Below, in pieces: positions 28,012 through 43,394 of a DNA stretch of 64,000 bases. The translations under genes and the position numbers were made by a program. The notes beneath the pieces were generated by a model. It ran no database searches and had not been told where the DNA came from. It saw only the letters and a list, made by a program, of their open reading frames with translations. Source of the DNA: Octopus vulgaris (taxonomy: Eukaryota); contig OX597814.1 in the NCBI GenBank assembly GCA_951406725.2, positions 43,276,001 to 43,340,000 of the forward strand, in the 5' to 3' direction. Within the stretch, counting starts at the first letter, position 1, and every line of letters begins with the position of its first letter.

Positions 28012-29178
28012 ATTATTAACAGAATAGTCAACTTATCAGAAGTATTCTCTGACTCATTTCGCTTCCAAAAATTTTCGATTTTAATATTCTCTTGTGTGCC
28101 TGCAGTGACGTTTCAGTACATTGATCATAAATCTCTCTAATTTATATTTTCACCACAATTTGAAATAAAATTCAAGTTTTCTTTGATGTTTACATAGATA
28201 CATTATTTGTATCATTCAATTAAGCACACATACAACTCCTAGTTGTTTGTTGTTGTTCATATTTATTTTTCTTTGTCATTTTGGTATTTCTTCATACTAA
28301 TAGTAATGGATTTGAACTAAGCACCCGAGAGAATGCAGCAGAATACTGCAAAAGCATCGGCCGTTCCTCTGTCATTTATACTACATAATGTAATAGATAT
28401 GTTAAAACAGTCAATTAAACGGCGTAGTTATTGATAGAATATAGGTTTTATTTGCACGTTATTTTTACATTAAACATTAAATAAAATATTCTGACGAAGT
28501 GTTGGAAATGTATGAAAATTCAAGTCTGCAATCTCCTGTCAACTGTGAAAATGTGGTCTGTGAGAGAAGAGGAGTAAATGAATGAGTGACTCAATGACTG
28601 AGTGAGTAAGTGAATGAGTGAGTGTGAAGCAAAGCCTGAGAAGAAGGAATGGTGAGAGAGAGAGAGAGAGATGAAGAGAACGAGTAAGTGAAACACAGAG
28701 AGAAAGGAAGGGGGAGTATGATGAGAAAAGATTACAGCATAACAAATAAACTATTTTTTTTGTTTTGTTTAGGATTAAACATTTGCTGCTATTCACATCT
28801 GAATGTGTCAGTTTGTGTCATTCAAATATTTTAACGATATATGTAGATGAATGAACAATCTACAAAAGTGATTTTGTATATGGCAGCCATAAGACAGAAA
28901 TAATACAAATACAGTGAAAAATATCACATAGGAAATGTCATAATATTATGAAAAAGACGAAGTAAATAGTTGACAGGAAATGTTGGGAACATTTCGATGT
29001 GTATTTTGCTTCAATCGTTTCTTGCCAAATAAGATTTATCATTATCGTAAGCATCATCATCGTCATCGCCATCGATACCACCATCAAGAACAGCGGTAAC
29101 AGCAGCACGTCTTCTATCACCATCATCACCAATAATGCCATCAGCGAATCCAACACTATCAACGTCAGAAAATGTTTT

Positions 29179-29183
<5 letters not shown>

Positions 29184-29257
<74 letters not shown>

Positions 29258-29290
29258 TAATAATAATAACAACAACAACAACTATAATAA
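29184..29290. repeat. (AAT)n microsatellite
   Basis: Direct reading. Confidence 0.95.
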
Positions 29291-31564
29291 CAAGCATTTG
29301 CTTTTTTAGCCACGGAGGATATTTATATACATCAAACGGACATACAAAACTTGAAGCCTTCAAATGAGGTTAACAATGATTGTGGAGTTGGACAAACATG
29401 TTACTTATAATTGAGATGAGGTGTGAAAATGTTATAAAGTAAATGTTGCGGCAAAATTTTATGAAAGACATATAAATAAATGTGTATATTACTTAGAGTA
29501 TATTAAAAGACAAAATATGTAAACAAGATTTAAAGCAAAGAGAAGTCAAATCGATGACTCATTGTGGGAATTTCCCTCATTCGTTGATAAGGTAATCAAA
29601 CAGTTTTGATTACATTTGTCCTCCAGATTACTAATTACAGAACCATCATAACTTCTCAATATGTATTTACAATTAGTGATTCTAGAATTTTCACCGATGA
29701 CTTCTCTAAACGTAGCGAATATTGTTTCTTTTAACCACAGTCTCTTCTAACTGATGAGTATATTGTCAGGAAGAAGCCTTTCAGAATTGTCATGCATCAA
29801 CGCTTTGTTTGTTATGTAGTTGTCTGTGAACTTCAGGTCTGTCGAGGACCAAGTGATTCGTCTTCACCTGTGAGAGACGGTTGCTCTCGATTGAGGCTTT
29901 TCACTATACTAGAAGGAGATTCTTCTTCAGATGAAGTAGCTGTTGCGCAGGAGATGCGCTTCACGCATTCTGATTATGTGTTTTTCTGAGAATCTTGCGT
30001 TTTTTTTCTTCACAAAAGCCTGCTAATCTACCTCATTTGCTACCTGATCCTCGTAAGGGTCTCTTTAATATAATTCCATTTATGATGCATATTTGTTACA
30101 GTGGTTCTCATCACTCCTTCCGTTCCTGTTTATTATTACTAGTGAAGGAAAATTCTTGGTGTCGTCGGTGGCTTCTTAAATGAGAAGCTAAGAGCTTTAC
30201 CTCACTCCAACACCAGAGGTGCACCTAGTAGTGTCTCAAGGGAACAGCCATTGGTAACTTTTGTTGTTTTCCTCCTCTCAAACTTAATGTGCGGAAATTA
30301 ATTTTACTTCCACCAGCTGGCGTTTCCGTTTTAGATAATCAGTCATAGGTTTTTCCTCAGCAGCCACGCGGTGAAATGAAGACATATATGCCCATGTCGT
30401 ACGGAGGAATTTAACAAAAGGCAGTATTGAGTTACAAAGTTAATTAAAGTCCATGTATCTATGTAGTCCCTGATGTGCTCTATCATGAATTTCGCGTTCC
30501 TCCAACTATTCGGGTATGAAACAGGCCAGCGTCAATCTATCTTTCCTTGTCTTTCATCCCATTTTCAGTTTTCAAGATAACCTATATCACTCCACATACT
30601 CTGTCACTCCAAATGGAAGAGACACCGTTTCAAATGCACCAGCAGTGATATTATTTTCAACATGAGATATAACATGCCTACTTTCAATGTTTCTTTCCAA
30701 TCCATAACAGCTAAGTGATGCACCTTTCTTGTTCAACTATGGGCTATCTTTCTATTTCCATTTCCAAAATACTAAGATAGCAGAATTATTTGAAATTTCA
30801 TAGACATTCCGACTGAAGTGCAAATCTTCGAAACTTCTGGAAATGCTTTAACTCCTTTTTTCGAAAGATAACAACAGCTTCCAAATGCTACTTGTAGCCA
30901 CTTTTGATGACGTTCTTCGTAAAATTATCGAATGAGTTTTTGTGTGGAAGGATAATTTTTGTTCTAGATAGAATGGCATATCATTTTCTCCCAGTATGTC
31001 ACATACGTACACCAATGTCCAATATACTTTTAACATTACCTTATCGTTGTTGACTTTATCAGAACTTCTATATTCTTATCGAATATAACTGCAAACTATC
31101 ACAGCTGATCACAATTCATCTACTTTTTCTATTTTGTTAAACAAGTGGAAAACATATTCCCCTTCTTTTTTTGAACTTATTTCATTTTCTAAATTTGTAT
31201 TAATTACAATCATTATTATTGTTAAGTTGAGGCAACACTTTTATGGTATATTTATATTTATTTTCTATTATAAAGCACAACTATTACAAAGAAATATGTT
31301 GTTGGAGTCCTAATTACAAGCACATGCTCCTTCACATTCCACACAAGGAACTAACCACATACGGACATTGAAAAGTAAATTAAATTCTCCCTCTGCACTA
31401 AACAGTTAGGCGGATGGGCAATGTTTGTTTAAATGTGTCTATACGTTGTCCATAAGGTGAAATAATTAATGTCACTTTTTCTCGTGCTTGAAAGGATACT
31501 AGCAAATGATTGTATTCGAAAATTCTTTCTTTTCACAACTTATGCGTGCTGCCAATATAACATA

Positions 31565-32675
31565 ACCCAGCAAGTATTTTGTTGTCAAGGCGTGTTTACC
31601 TGATTTGAATGTTTTTAGATCGGCTGAATCGAAAAATTAAATCCATTTTTATGATCACGTCGAGATTTTTAAAAATATGAACCCAATCAGAGGGTGATTT
31701 GCGTGAATTTTAAGATGGCCAATGTTATCTTAGGACAACAAAATCCATACACCAAATATCAATGTACCCTGGACAAGGAAAAACACTGGGTAATCAAAAA
31801 CTAGACGCAAAGAAAATTATTTGCAGTGTCTTTTATTATGGTTGAACAACTTTTAGTTCCACCTGGAAAAGTTTTTCTATATCACTATTCTATATCAAAC
31901 TTGTCATTACAAAGCAGTTTGGCTAAATATGTAGAATCTATCTGCAATAGATTTCTGTTCTGAGCAGTGAAAAGATAAAAGCTGCAGTATTTGATGGGGG
32001 CTCAGTCTGAAAATTGATGAAAATGTGAACATTGAAAATTCAATGAGTTGCATTGAAGCACTACATGGGAATTAATTTCTAATGGTTGTAAATTATCTTC
32101 TGGGCAACACGAAATCACCCAACTAAGCGAAATAATTGACAACATGCTGGACAACCTTCAATAGTTAGGAGCAAATATAAGCATAAAGCTGCGCTATCTC
32201 CACATCCACATTCATAAATTCCCTCGAAATCTTGGTGATGCTAGTGACGGGCAAGGTGAACGTTTCCACCAGGGCCTAAAATCAACAGAACACAGACATC
32301 AAGGCAAATGGGCATGCACATAAAGGTCACTATTGCTTGAACTTAGCTCGGGATCTACCTCAGTTTCAGCATGCAGGAAAATCCAAACGCAAATTGATGG
32401 GAAACTATGCATAAATAAGGATATAATCTATCTGTAGAAATTTCAAGTTTATTACTAAATTTTTCAGTTATATTTTTGTAATAAAATATTCTGGTTTTGA
32501 AGAAAAACTAATTCCTACGTATAATTCTATGTTATGCCTTCTACTCCGTCAGCTTTTTTATTGAAAACATGAACATCTGTAAATCCAGTATTTTCTAATC
32601 TTCGCATGATGGTAATAGATGGATGTCATTTTCGACTTGCGTGTATGGAGAGCTGTCAGCATATACTGTGCAGTG
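31565..32675 (+). mobile_element. Degenerate Chapaev3-like (CMC) DNA transposon
   Basis: Broken + strand translation ICVNFKMANVILGQQNPYTKYQC (about 31697), IKAAVFDG (about 31975), LGANISIKLRYLHIHIHKFPRNLGDASDGQGERFHQGLK..HRHQGKW (32166-32312); subterminal inverted similarity tcgaaaa..atccat at about 31630 and 32630. Confidence 0.7.
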
Positions 32676-34486
32676 TAGCGTACATGTTTTAGAGAATCTA
32701 TACAATAGATTAACACCATTTTTGACATACAGTTTATATTTTGCGAAAAAAGCGTAATATCTCGAAAAATTAACTATCGACTGTAGTTCCATCGAAACCA
32801 CGGTATAATATTCCATATGATCAAAAGTAAATTCCGCTTAAAATAATCTTTAGGGAACACTAGCCAGTAGGCCCCCAATAGAATTAATATAGTAGATAAG
32901 AAATCAGCAAAACAGAGAGGAATTAGCATTTAAAATAACAGCTGAAAACAACATTGATAAAAAGGACACATGAATAAAAACCTAATAATAAACATAGCAA
33001 TACAATCTCAAATAAATCAAAGCATCCGTATAATTGTGAAGGAACTACATTGGGTGACTCATTAATTCCTCTTACAATATCGCGTTACCGTGAAAAAACC
33101 AGATGCCAATGCCTTCTTGTCGCTAATTTAAAAGCTCATAGTTTCTACAGCTATTTTATCAATTCTAATTTCATCAGACATGTCTTTTGTATATTCTGCT
33201 GTAAAGAAATATCCTCTCTTTCTATACGGTCTCTTCAAGTGTTACTTGAAGAAATATATAGACGCTACTCTCAAGAACAGTACCTCGGTTGAAAATGAAG
33301 TTAGACATGGCAAACATTCATCTTCCTTAGCCAAACAGTAGGCGCAGAAATGCTGCATACCGTTCTGTGCAGAAGGAATCGATGCTTCGCTCTTCGTGAT
33401 AGATACGGCAGAGAGCGGATGATTCTTACACCGAACAGAAGGTGTTCGACGTCAACACACAAATCAACAATGGACAGAAATGTAATTGTTTTTTTAACAA
33501 TGTTGTGACAATGAGCTTTATTGCGTGAAGGCCGTTGTCGGTAACTCCAACGACTGCAGACTTTGTCCACAAACAATACCACCACAGAGTAATGTAAGAC
33601 CAAGAAAGTTTAGGAAATTGTCAGACATACCCGACACGAAATCTCTTTGCATATACCTGCTAAAGCTATACAATCTTGACGCATACCTTCATATATTCTT
33701 GTATAAAAGAATATATATATCATGTTATGGTCTAGCTACAAGACAACGTTGCAACGGCCTAAATTCTACAGGCGTAGATCTTTAAGTGTTTTAGTTAGAA
33801 GTCAAGAATGGTTAAACACTCAAGCTGCAAGAGACCGAGGCCTTCAAACAGCAGCTATCACCGGTTTACCATCGCTGTCAAGGTATTTCTGCATATATAT
33901 TCGCTTCGTTTCATGATTACATAACAACTGTCCTGATATGACGTCTAGGTAATCCCTTTCTTTGTAGTGTACGATGGCAGAATATGATCATCTGAAGAAC
34001 AGTAACAATTAGATGCATAGGAAATAAATGAATATATGATCTTGATCCGGTGTATGGTTATTTGATTGAATTAACATAGAAATATGTAGAATAATATATG
34101 GTATAAACTGTTAAATATAGATCACGTATGTCTGTTTATATATATCAGCTTTGGTAAAAATTGTAAGAATTATTCATCGTTAGATGTAATTTACACTATA
34201 TTTTTCACACTTACATACACCCGCGTATGTATATATAAGTTTGCACAAACATATACCCACACATATATTATGTGTGCGTGTCTGTTTGTGTATGCACATA
34301 CATTGATGATTATAAATGCACACACACACGCACACAGATATATACATCAATAGTTATATGTACGTGTTTCTCTATGTGTTTATATACGCAAATATATATA
34401 TAGAGAGAGAGAGGGGCGAGAGAAAGACAGAATCAAAATTACTAGCCCACAGGCAGATAGGTGGATAGACTGACAAACAGACAGAC

Positions 34487-34620
<134 letters not shown>

Positions 34621-36351
34621 AAAATAGTGAGAGTTATATGCCTGTAGCGAAACACTATCATTTACCATTTCATTGAGTTGTAATTTCTTAAATAAATACA
34701 TAAAGAGAAAGATTCATGCATATATGTATACGCACACATACATTTATACATAAGTATATGTGTGTGTGTGTATGTGTGTGTGTGTGTGTGTGTGTGAGTG
34801 TGTGTTTCTATGGGCTTTGCAGAAAAATAGATGCATTTAACAAATCAATAATTAAAAATGCTGGAAATAATTTAAATCACGTGATATATATTTGTCGGTT
34901 ATACGTATCTGGAAGAGATTGAGGCATGCATATGCGTTGCTAGCACAATGTGTGCGCTTGAATGTGCCTGCGCTTGTGCAAGAGTTAAGGTCTGTACTAG
35001 ATGTGAAATTTACTTGCTCTCCTGTTATAATGCCTCATATCTCAAATCCTGTTATGTGTGAATAGGCCTGATTTATTGATCAACTCTTCTTGTGCCTTAA
35101 ACTGGAAAACGTTTATTTTTAATACTATCTTTAATTAAATACTTGCACCGATTGAATGATGATATAGAAATATCTTTCTGTCCGTCATTATATTTTTTCT
35201 TTCAACCGAGAATTTCTCCATAAATTATGTTGTTCATGCGAAGAAGTTTATCTTATTTTATAATCATTGCGTTTTTTACTTCTTTCATTATTTTTGTTCT
35301 TTTATCCTCCAGTTATAGTTCAATGAAAGCCATTAAGCTGCATGAATGTTTGAAAAAGTTATTTCTTGAAGACATTCTTAGATATTGAGTACAGACGCCA
35401 TAAAATGTGTAGCAATCCTATATACTGAAAAATAATTTAATCATGGGAATACTTCTATGTCACACTATTACACATTGAATATTCTTAATATATATTCAGA
35501 AAAAGAGAATAGAATGAATATATCTTCCAATATTACAGGTATTTACTTTATCGGTTACATTACAATTATCCTTGTAATATTTGTATTCACCTATTTATAA
35601 AGACATCATCGTATCTAACCACCCGGCGTAACTGAATAACACCAAATCTGCCTACCACCAAAATCGTAACTGTTCATAATTAACTTTCAAATTATTATTC
35701 TGACGCTTAGTTGTTTGAAATATTGTAATATTCATCACTGTCTTCAAATACATGTCTAATGAATTTAATTAACGTTGTAATCCAGGATTCGGCTCTACGA
35801 GCTTTGTACATCTATCACTAAGAAAGTAAACGTATTTATGTTGAAATATATTGACAGTAGAGAATACAAAGTTGAAGGTTGTAAAATTTCAGTATCCTTA
35901 CAATAAGTTTGTTGTTACTTTCTCTTGAACTATCTAGGCTTAGATTTTGTACAGTCCGAAGCAGTGACGAAGCGTGCTTAGTTATAGCTGCTGTTTCAAA
36001 CACATGGGTTTGGCGGTGGTTTTCTTGAAAATACATGTAATACTTGTATATCTAGTACTAGATATGTACTAAGGATATTTCAGCAACTATTGTGCAACCC
36101 TGCTTAATATGATTATGTTCTAAATTCTTATAATTATTAGGTTATTGCATGCACTGAATCTGAGAATATCTAGTATTCAAAAGTAACTTATTTTCTTTTA
36201 CTAATTTCATCGATATGCATGTCTTTTGAGTTGAAGTTTCGGCGAATACAACCCATATGCCAGTCTTACGGGAATCTATTACGCCAATCATAGTCGACTA
36301 CTGCAACCTATTTACTAAAATACAAACTTGCGATTTGCCATATCTATTATT

Positions 36352-36497
36352 CTTTTACTTGTTTCAGTCATTTGAATGCAACCATGCTTAAACACCGCCT
36401 TTCGTTAAACAAGTGGACCCCAGGACTTATTATTTCGCCGAACCGGTAAGTTACGGGGACGGAAACGCACCAACATCGGTTGTCAAAAGATGGGGGA
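36352..36497 (-). mobile_element. SINE family A 3' part
   Basis: ttacttgtttcagtcatttga..ccatgct..caccgcctt..ggacttatt..caccaacatcggttgtcaa matches 52773 onward. Confidence 0.75.
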
Positions 36498-36544
36498 ATA
36501 CATGCACAAATACATACACATATATACATACACACACATATATG

Positions 36545-36583
<39 letters not shown>

Positions 36584-36584
<1 letters not shown>

Positions 36585-36824
36585 TATATATATATATATA
36601 ATGGGTTCTGTCTGTACGCTTATAACTCAAGTGTAGTTCATTCGATCACGCTGAAATTTAAAGCATGGATACAAGAGAGAGCGGGGCGTTCCGTAATTTA
36701 AAGAGATTTTGAAAATTGTTAGTTTCAAAGTGAGAATCGCTATTTTTGTAATCTTTTGTCCTGCTTGTTTGACTATTAAAAGCAATGTGTTTGCTCAGAC
36801 AGCCGGCACATACCATTTCGCTAG
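36584..36824 (+). mobile_element. Possible non-autonomous Helitron (second family)
   Basis: Starts in a TA tract; internal cgatcacgctgaaattt resembles the motif of the 4421 element; 3' hairpin atgtgtttg..cggcacat then CTAG (36821-24). Confidence 0.5.
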
Positions 36825-37259
36825 CAACAAGGGAGTACAGGATGACAGTCAGCCAAAACTGTCTCTATGCTGTCTCTCGCCTTTCCTGTCGCTGTCTTTC
36901 TTATGATGTCCGATTCTACTTGATATTGTATATGCATATGCATATATATATATTGTGTTAAGATTCGTTATCAATGAATTATCCCTATTGAGAAGAAACA
37001 GTCAAAAGTAACCACCACAGACAATCACCAAGCATTTGCACAACTTAACACCCTCCAAGTTTGGGGTTAATAATCTTAATATTTAGTTACAGTTTCTCAT
37101 TCAAACTACATAATAGGCAGAATTGTTGGATTAAGATTGTTTTGAGGGAGATTTATCTGCTATTACTACCAGGTCTAGCTACCATGTAGTGGTCTCCCTC
37201 ATTATCTCATACATACATGATTACATAACATCGAAATAGAATACTTAAAGCAGCAGTCA

Positions 37260-37972
37260 TCAAATGCAAAAGCCAAAATCCGTGCAGCGTCATGGGCCAA
37301 ATAAATTTCCAACTTTTTGCCTAATGCGATCCCAGACCAATATCTTATCTCTTGCACTATTTCAGTATTACGTCTAAAAAGCTAACAAGGCGACTGCCAT
37401 GAGCAAAACACAGGTTTACCAGTCATTTTCACGCTTTAGGAATGGTCACTTGTAGCTTGAAGACCAACGTCATTCAGGGTGACCATTGACCTCTGGAACG
37501 AATGAAACCATGAAAATTCACGAAGTGACCTTGGAGAACAATCACCGCACAATTGACAAACTTATTGATATGACTGGTGTGTCCTGGAGCTCCTGCCAAC
37601 GAATATTGAGCGAAGAATTTTGAATGAAAAGAGCTAAAGCAGAATTTGTGCCTTGCTTGCATACGGAAGATCAAAAGAAGTCACGACTACAGGTGTGTCG
37701 TAAACTGAGAGAATAGTCGGGAATTGATCCGTACATTTTTGTTTTGAGGGCCATTATTGATGAGGAAATAGAGGAGAAAAAAAAACCACAGAGTAAAAAA
37801 GGAATCACTTAGTATGAGTTTCAGTTCTGTTCTGAACAGTGGAAAACGCGTCTAGAGCGGCGCATTGCTTAAAATGACGAATACTATGGAGGCAATAAAA
37901 GTGTAAACATATAAAACTAAGTGAATAAAATAGTATTGCAAAATTCCAGTTCCTTTTGGGTACCGTCTCGAT
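37260..37972 (+). mobile_element. Mariner transposase relic (internally deleted)
   Basis: Broken translation MSKTQVYQ.FSRFRNGHL.LEDQRHSG.P..RTIDKL..TGVSWSSCQRILSEE..MKRAKAEFVP (HTH and WVP-like motif); TIR-like end at about 37970. Confidence 0.8.
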
Positions 37973-38257
37973 TACGGACTTCATCTATTTCATAACTCTA
38001 TTCTCAGTTCCAACAAATACTTTTCTTCCTACCTTGATAAATAGGATAATGCCTGACTACGTTCCTAGGTTTTCTATTCAATTTACCAGTTTTTCATTTG
38101 TCCCTTCCACAAATCTTGTGCAGTAACGTTGATACCTCTGATCAGGTTCCCTGTTAGTACTACTTTCCGTTGATTTGGCTTTATATGCAATAACTTTTTA
38201 GGATCACCAGATACTTAGCTGGTTTTGACTGTCTTTTCTATTCACTTCATTCACATG

Positions 38258-38302
<45 letters not shown>

Positions 38303-38665
38303 TTGCAAAACAAATTGAGAACTTACGTATAGAAAGGTAGGGGTATTAAAAAGAAGTATGAAAGTGTATAAAGGATACGAGAATACTTGAATGCTATTCA
38401 ATATCAATTTAATTTGCTATAAAAATTAAAGAGAAATGATTGTGTGTTTGTCATACACTAAAACAAAATTCACGTAGTGTGTATGTGTGTACGTGATACT
38501 TGTTATAAATATCTTCTGTAGGTGGTACTTATTAGAAATATCATCATCATCATCATCATCATCTGCCTACTCCGCCTCCTTCCTTACTCCTCTCTTTCAT
38601 CATCATCATCATCATCATCATTATCATCATCGTTTATTTTATTATTAATAATTCTAGAGCAGAAT

Positions 38666-38803
38666 GGTGGCGAGCTGGCAGAATCGTTAGCATACCAGGC
38701 GAAATACCTAGCGATATTTCGCCTGCCGTTACGTTCTGATTTCAAATTCCGCAGAGTTCGACTTTGTCTTTCATCCTTTCAGAGTCGATAAATTAAGTAC
38801 CAG
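38666..38803 (+). mobile_element. SINE family B (truncated)
   Basis: ggtggcgagctggcagaatcgttagc..gtcgataaattaagtaccag. Confidence 0.8.
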
Positions 38804-39170
38804 ATGTGCCTAGCGTAAAAAATAATTTTAAATCGTGCGCCTCTATTATAAACGGTTGCTAATGTACGAATTTCCTTCCCAATTTGTTTTTCTGATGCGT
38901 TTGTGTAGAGTTGTGTGGTTAAACATTTTAATTACTTCTGCATCTATTCTAGCATTATCTTTCGCAGATTTTATTTATTTATTTATTTAATTTCTTTTCC
39001 AATGTTCTTTAGGTATCTATGCTGCTGCTCTGCTTCCCAGACATAATAGTCACATATAATCTGGATTCATACCTTCACCAAAAATAAAGCACTTTATGCA
39101 ATGTAGTTCTAGAATTTGTGACTAGAATTAGTATTGTAGGGCTATGACAGCTCTTACTCTCTTTTACTCT

Positions 39171-39549
39171 TTTACTTGCTTCAGTCATGTGACTGCAGCC
39201 ATGCTGGAGCACAGCCTTTAGTCGAGCAAAGCGACCCCAGAACTTATTCTCTGTAAGCCTAGTACTTATTCTATCGGTCTCTTTTGCCGAACCGCTATGC
39301 TACGGGGACGTAAACATACCAGCATCGGTTGCCAAGTGATGTTGAGGGGAAAAACATATACACACATACATACATATATATATACATATATACGACAGGC
39401 TTCTTTCAGTTTCCGTCTACCAAATCCACTCACAAGGCTTTGGTCGGCCCGAGACTATACTAGAAGACACTTGCCGAAGGTGCCACGCAGTGGGACGGAA
39501 CCATGTGGTTGGTAAGTAAGCTAATTACCACACAGTCACTCCTACGCCT
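39171..39549 (-). mobile_element. SINE family A
   Basis: Aligns to 52773-53193. Confidence 0.85.
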
Positions 39550-39618
39550 CTTGATCATAATTCTATTCGTTTAGGGATGATTAAAGACTAAACAACATCA
39601 ACTACAACTCACTTCTCC

Positions 39619-39619
<1 letters not shown>

Positions 39620-39656
<37 letters not shown>

Positions 39657-39681
39657 AATCATCATCTTCTTCTTCTTCGTC

Positions 39682-39750
<69 letters not shown>

Positions 39751-39757
39751 GTCATCA
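39620..39757. repeat. (CAT)n microsatellite
   Basis: Direct reading. Confidence 0.95.
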
Positions 39758-39936
39758 ACATAATCAGTTCCTGTTTTCGTTCTCTTGCTCATATTTTTTG
39801 TTTGTATAAATAAGTCGAAAACACAAAATGTCTTATTGCTTTCTTCTTTATTTTCGTCTACGACTGTGGTCTCAGTATTTTCTGTCTCTTGTTTTATTTA
39901 TTTCAGTAAAAATATTGGAAAGAATATTACGTCTAT

Positions 39937-39958
39937 ACTACTACTACTACTACTACTG

Positions 39959-40031
<73 letters not shown>

Positions 40032-40044
40032 CACTACTACTACT
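39937..40044. repeat. (CTA)n microsatellite
   Basis: Direct reading. Confidence 0.95.
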
Positions 40045-40676
40045 AGAGATAATATTACTATTGCTGCTGCTGTCACAGCGACTGCTGCCGTTGCTACTGC
40101 TCTCGTTGCTGCTGCTGCTACGCCGCTTTATAAAGTCCTCGGCTTTTCTTTTAATAGATTGCTGCCTCACGAGACATAAAAGCTGAATAAAAACAGAAAG
40201 CAAATAGACAAATTGATAAAAGTATTGCTTTATGAACACATTTCTGGTTTCTTCACTTGGAATAAGAAACTGAAGACTATGAAAGAATTTCTTCATTTCA
40301 TCATTTAATTATTTTTCTTTTCGAGGTTTGGTTTATTTCTTTAATTATTTACCATTGTTTATGCCGCTTGCAAACTGTTTGAAGTTTCAATTCTTTTCAC
40401 AAGTTTTCTGAACAGCAAAATCAAGGAGATCCCTCGAGGATTCATTAGCGATTGAAAGCGATGAATCATTTATATAGCAAGCTCAGATTACAAACAAACT
40501 TGACAGCTGAATTTAATCACTTATATATGTGTGCGTATGTGAGTGAGTACTGAATGTCTACGTGCGTGGAGTTTATATGTAGACACGCACACAAACACAA
40601 ACACATACATGAATAGACTTATATGTATATTTTTAAATGTGTGTGTTTATAAATACAGATACAGATATACACATAT

Positions 40677-40723
<47 letters not shown>

Positions 40724-40751
40724 CATATATATATATATATAAATATATAAT

Positions 40752-40803
<52 letters not shown>

Positions 40804-43224
40804 GTTTTAATTTAACTTGTACCAGCGTGTGCATGGCACTGCACTGTGAAAAATCACATATAGTTACATGTGTTTGAAAGCGTTTCATCACACACCTGCT
40901 CACTATTTGATGGTGAAATGAAGTAGATATTCTGTTGTAAACAATGTTATAATTTTATATTTCTTAATAAAATTCATTTATTGAATGAAAGGAGAGTTCA
41001 TTTTGTAGAATGTAATATCAAAAACGCTTTGAATAAATACGCATTTGATTTCTATGTTCTATACAAAATAACAGATACACAGACGCAGAGTCCACATAAG
41101 CACATAAACGAATATGTGTATGTGTGTGTGTGTATCTATGTTTTCATGTGTGTGAGTACGTGTATCTATATGTGTGGGTGTATTAAGATGAAATAAAAAG
41201 TAGACAAGTAATTATTTATGGCATCAAAACATAAAAATGTTACGCAAATGTGCATACGAAATAATTTAACAGAAAACAAGGCGATAGCGAAAATAGAGAA
41301 AATAATTAATTTTAGTACATGACATATCTGTTAATCTTCCTAAATATGAATTTTCATGCTTTCTGCTTTATTATTTGTATGCGAATTTGCACAACGTTAT
41401 ATAAATGTTTTTTGGTGCAATAATGTACTGCTTATCAATATCATAGACGATCTTCCTCTCATTTACGTGGATTACTTCTCTGATTGGAACTAAGATTTTC
41501 AGAATTAGTATCAGATCGGTACCTATTATAAGCCATTTGATGTATTCTAAAGGAATTATACATACATATACATATACGCAAATTTGATGTTACTTGTAGC
41601 TATAAGCAGATAATGGAGTCATTGATATACTACATTAATCTTTCCTTCGTAGTGGTTATACTTGAATTGCAGGCAGCCTTCATGTTTTTAATGCTCTTAA
41701 CACTACTGAATTGAATGGAACTCCTCAGGTGTCAAAACCATCGTGATATTCATTTGGCAGCTGATGATAGATACACATTTTTGTTTTACTTGTTTGCGAA
41801 TATTGTATACTGAGATGTATTTTAACGGAGTAATCGTTTATGGATTCATGGTTTGGGGCGGTTACATATTTTGATATTTTTCTTCGTAGATACGATTATT
41901 ATGCTTAATTCACGCTTTGATATTAGTGTCTAGGTTGGGGAGGTTCCGTGAAAGATTCATACACACAAACACAAGCATACACACACACAGACACATGTAT
42001 ATATGCATGCATACGTATAGGAAAGCGTTGAGGCGGATATAAATGACGTACACAGTTTTAAAAACAATTTGCAACAATCAAACAGAAAACGTGTGAAATG
42101 TGTTTTTTTATACATTTCCATAGCATACAAATACACGGGGCATTTTCCTCCTTTCTGTATTTCTCTATCTCTCTTTATTTTACTCTTGTGGGTTCGAGGT
42201 AGTTATACATACATACATATATATGCGTGGCCCTAATTTCGTTGACATTAGAGTTACAAGGGCGTTCTTCATACACAGAATGTCAATGCATCGGATACCT
42301 GAGGTGATATATTCGTATATGATTTAAATTACTCATTCACAATAGCTGTCACATTCATTCAATTGTATATATGTATAACAGTTAATTAAATTTCTATATC
42401 CGTGCATTTGAAGTGTAAGTGAATGTTCCCACGCACACTCATGTGTGTGTGTGTGTGTGTCAATATACACACATGTTTATATATCGTCATACACACACAC
42501 ATATATATATATGTATGTATGTCTTTCTCCGCATCCCCGCAAGTCTCTCTCAATATGTCATATATTTATATATGTGTGTGTGTGTGGTGCGTGTGTGTGT
42601 GGTGTATGTGTGTGTGGTGTGTGTGTGTGTGTGTGTGTGGTGTGTGTGTGTACAGGTTTGTATGTTCCTGTTAATGCGTGTGTGTATGTGTGTTAGTGTG
42701 TGTGTGTGCGTGGATTGTTTCAGAAGAAAATTGTCTATGATAGACAGTGGGTTTCATTTGTCTTATTTTTTCTTAAGTAAATGTCGTCGCTAGCAGAAAT
42801 AAACTTTTCTAAAACCAGCTGCCATTTGTATAACATGTAAAGTAGTTGCTTTTAGCTTGTGTTTCTTTATATAACACAGCAAATATATAAAAAAAAATAT
42901 TGTGTATCGTTCTAAAACTGAATGCTTTCTACTTCTTTTAGTGTTTTTTCAAAAATATATGTCTATTGATTATTCAAATTTTCAATTCGGATTATGTATA
43001 TAAAGTATCTTTATATCTTCATTCGAGAGCTGTTCCTTACCACTATGTGACAGTATGGCAAAATCCATTGTTTGCTAACTTACCTAGTGATTTTATAACC
43101 AAAATATATTTACAAACACCCACACACACACACACTTCTATATAGCAAATAAAGAATTTCGATGAAGTGATTATCCCCAAATGGTGAGTTGTAAGGCAAA
43201 AATATATAATCAAAATTTATATTT

Positions 43225-43394
43225 AATTTAATATATTTTATATGGTAGAGTATATATATAATTTAATATATTTTATATGGTAGTATATATATATAATTTA
43301 ATATATTTTATATGGTAGAGTATATATATATAATTTAATATATTTTATATGGTAGAGTATAAATATAATTTAATATATTTTATATGGTAGAGTA
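43225..43394. repeat. Five-copy minisatellite (about 35 bp) built from a TIR end
   Basis: aatttaatatattttatatggtagagta(ta)n x5. Confidence 0.85.

Noticed and set aside
29560-30830. Possible LTR-retrotransposon integrase relic on the minus strand
   Set aside because: Only a weak H..HQG-like hint; too degraded to call without a search
43225-43394. CRISPR-like array
   Set aside because: The spacers are only TA runs; eukaryotic context with no cas genes
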